DNA of 47,391 nt from a virus. Its lineage: Duplodnaviria; Caudoviricetes. Below are positions 45,311 through 47,391 of this stretch, piece by piece. The notes below the pieces were generated by a model. It was given only the letters and a program-made list of their open reading frames with translations, did not search any database and was not told where the DNA came from. Where the stretch lies: positions 1 to 47,391 of IMG/VR virus record IMGVR_UViG_3300049924_000503; one strand, 5' to 3'. The stretch's first letter is position 1, and each line of letters starts with the position of its first letter. A program made the position numbers and the translations under genes.

Positions 45311-45681
45311 CAGAATTGCTCTGTCTTAATGGCGAATGCAATCGCCTTCCGCCACCATTCCAGGTGATCGGGGCCGAGAATTTCGGCCACAGTGCAAAGC
45401 GCGCGTTTGTCATCTGCAGTGAATGTATCCGCCCGTGATCCTTGCAACATGCAATTCGCCACGATGCGGGCAAAACCGCCATCAGGATTTTTGTCCAAAG
45501 CATTAACTTGATCGCGGATGATCGCATAGAAATCTTCTTCACCGTCCGCCATTTGCATAGGGAGGTTATTCCCGAGGATGCGGCCGAATGTCCGCGCCAC
45601 TTCGATCAGCATTGGTTCCGTGGCAGGTTCAACCAAACAAGCTTCCACTTGTTTCAGCGCTTCAAACAGTTTCTTTTCCAT
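45310..45681 (-). CDS. hypothetical early protein
   Basis: GGAG SD downstream of a strong promoter; TGATG coupling to the next gene. Confidence 0.65.
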   Translation of the reverse strand: MEKKLFEALKQVEACLVEPATEPMLIEVARTFGRILGNNLPMQMADGEEDFYAIIRDQVNALDKNPDGGFARIVANCMLQGSRADTFTADDKRALCTVAEILGPDHLEWWRKAIAFAIKTEQF

Positions 45682-45745
45682 TTTCCATTCTCCGTTGCGG
45701 GACAATTCCCGGCCAGCGCGACTCACAATCGCCGCGCCCATCGAC

Positions 45746-45774
45746 ATTATACCATATCTGGTTGCATTGGGCAA
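45746..45774 (-). promoter_or_regulatory. sigma70 early promoter
   Basis: TTGCCC-N17-TATAAT on the minus strand. Confidence 0.75.
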
Positions 45775-45781
45775 TCCGCCA

Positions 45782-46250
45782 CGTCGAGGTATAAGCCATA
45801 CCCATATCCCCAAATATCCCCCAACGTATCCCCGCCACACATTCTCGCCACGTAAACCATTAAGACAACGCTAGCATTACCTTTCGCGCAAAAGATGGTC
45901 TTGCCCCCACCCAATGGGTGGCGATAGTATGGCGCTTCCCGCTGGCCGGGGGCATTTGTCCGTCGAGGCTGGGCCATACTTTTCTTTCTAAGGTTTAAAA
46001 AAAAAAAAATTTTAGAACAAAAGAAGAACAGGGGAGGTGGTATGGCTTTTACACCTGAGCCATATAATCCACGCGGTTAATAAGCCATACGAGGGAGATG
46101 CGTATAATCGCCCAGGTCGTGGAGGACGTATGGCTGTGTTTGGCGGAATGGGCGAGGCGTGTCGCGTCTTATGGGGATACGTCATTGGGATATGTGATGG
46201 GGATATATGCGGGGATACGGTGGCAATGCCGTGTGGGGGATAGAATATCG
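45782..46250. other. putative replication origin / control region
   Basis: no credible ORF; central A13 tract (45997-46009); GGGGATAY iterons in opposite orientations either side; clustered RTATGGC heptamers. Confidence 0.55.
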
Positions 46251-46396
46251 GGGGAGTGTGTGCCCGTGAAATTGATTTGTCGGCGGGTTATCCGGCCATG
46301 GGCGCGCGTTTGGGAATTTCCGGTGTCACATACCCGGTGTGGGCGAACGCGCGTTGGCGGGCCATGTGGCGAATCATGCGCCATATCCCGCTCATG

Positions 46397-46428
46397 AAAA
46401 AGGCCGGGATTGCTCCCGGCCAATTTTT
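46397..46428 (-). terminator. Rho-independent terminator (likely bidirectional)
   Basis: minus strand GGCCGGGA-GCAA-TCCCGGCC-TTTTT downstream of the 46446-46955 gene. Confidence 0.85.
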
Positions 46429-46445
46429 GTTCGATGAAGGTTGGA

Positions 46446-46955
46446 TTAAATATCCAATTCCCCAAGTTCGGCCGCCATCGCGGCGCGTTCCTTTCGCGCC
46501 GCCTCCAGCCGCGCCATTTCCTTTGCGATCAACGGGGCAAACGCAGTGGCGTTCTTCTCCAAGATTGCGTCCAGTTGTTCCGGCGTGGCATTAGCCTGCG
46601 CCGAGTCTTTGCCGTATTTGGCGATCAACCGCGCCAGTACAAGCTTACGTCCAACTTTCGTCTCGTCATCCGCGCCGCCGCCGCGTGTGCCGATTGTGCC
46701 ATCGACCAACGCATCGTGCTTTTTGGACCAATTGGCGATTGCTTCGTCTAATGTTTCGGCCCCGGCGTATGCGTCCTGCAGGCTTTGCAATGAAAACGTC
46801 AACAGATATTCAACCGATTTGCGGGGCAGGACTTTCCCGTCCAATGTCCATATTCCGTCATCGGAAACGAACAGCGCCGCAACGCCAATTTTCCCGGACC
46901 AGTCGGACTTTTCTGTTTCGCGCTTGGCGAACGTACGTGCGATTTCATATGCCAT
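46446..46955 (-). CDS. hypothetical early protein (C-terminal LGELDI)
   Basis: GGAG SD; LQDAYAG...KKHDALVDG...RGGG motif seen in podovirus early proteins. Confidence 0.75.
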   Translation of the reverse strand: MAYEIARTFAKRETEKSDWSGKIGVAALFVSDDGIWTLDGKVLPRKSVEYLLTFSLQSLQDAYAGAETLDEAIANWSKKHDALVDGTIGTRGGGADDETKVGRKLVLARLIAKYGKDSAQANATPEQLDAILEKNATAFAPLIAKEMARLEAARKERAAMAAELGELDI

Positions 46956-47017
46956 GATATTGACTCCATTGGGCGTAATTGCCCGAAAAGGGGATACGCA
47001 ATCCCCTTGCCGTGGAA

Positions 47018-47209
47018 TTACTTAACTTCAGCCAATCCATTTGCGTCATAATTTGGCGCATCAAGCGTGATGATGAATTTATGCGCACATTCAATTACGG
47101 GTGGTAATGCACATATAAAATCCTCCGCGTCAATATATGTATCAAAAGGGCCAAAGTATTGGGTTTCAATGTGCAATGCATTCAATGCGCGGTATGAAAC
47201 GATGAACAT
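47018..47209 (-). CDS. hypothetical first early protein
   Basis: CAGGAGG SD; YFGPFDT...AE motif. Confidence 0.65.
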   Translation of the reverse strand: MFIVSYRALNALHIETQYFGPFDTYIDAEDFICALPPVIECAHKFIITLDAPNYDANGLAEVK

Positions 47210-47250
47210 GATAGCCTCCTGTGTGGTTGCGGCGACAATGCCGTGCCCCA

Positions 47251-47279
47251 TACATATGACCGCGACCTCCCCACGTCAA
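47251..47279 (-). promoter_or_regulatory. sigma70 early promoter with AT-rich UP-like element
   Basis: TTGACG-N17-TATGTA on the minus strand; AAATAAAAGAATAAAG upstream. Confidence 0.6.
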
Positions 47280-47391
47280 CCCCTTACCAAGCATCTTTAT
47301 TCTTTTATTTCCCCCGTTGTGGAACAATATTCCTGCCCCCACCCCCCATCATGTGCGTGCTGCGCGAGGCCACTTCGCTGATGCCGTACCC

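Noticed and set aside
45795-46250. CRISPR array
   Set aside because: Repeats are only 7-8 bp with very short gaps; the Cas4-like gene is an ordinary phage recombination nuclease
45747-46594. Short ORFs across the control region
   Set aside because: No SDs, composition driven by repeats, and overlap with a promoter and a terminator
45296-46955. Two early proteins both starting MAYEI
   Set aside because: Similarity stops after five residues with different codons; probably chance or initiation bias
1-47391. Direct terminal repeat
   Set aside because: Only ACCC is shared between the two ends; too short to support

Overview
The window is an apparently complete or near-complete ~47.4 kb podovirus-type dsDNA phage genome. 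The host is probably an alphaproteobacterium, inferred from a GcrA-like gene and the style of the lysis genes. The + strand arm (95-27603) carries terminase, a BPP-1/epsilon15-like portal, scaffold, capsid and cement block, T7-like tail tube and internal virion proteins, two tailspikes and lysis genes. The - strand arm (47209-27632) carries many small early genes, an ARC/Mpa-like AAA+ ATPase, a UvrD-like helicase, a recombination module (Cas4-like nuclease, Sak4-like ATPase, SSB), a ParB-methyltransferase fusion and a split family-A DNA polymerase. I recognised no integrase, RNA polymerase, primase, tRNA or CRISPR array. The most notable observations are: (1) two type II hammerhead ribozymes with pseudoknots, each starting immediately after a stop codon and together bracketing one small early gene; (2) a shared C-terminal acidic-leucine tail (LELDL-like) on at least five unrelated early proteins, in a genome with a proteasome-type unfoldase; (3) a 35-bp palindrome at three regulatory junctions plus a degenerate copy in an iteron-rich putative origin; (4) a PolA split inside its exonuclease domain, fused to a degenerate UDG, with altered motif A/B residues and nucleotide-metabolism neighbours; (5) GcrA-like and OmpR/CtrA-type regulator fragments; (6) Tad2-like and Lar-like anti-defence candidates. 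All family calls come from motif recognition by eye, not database searches.
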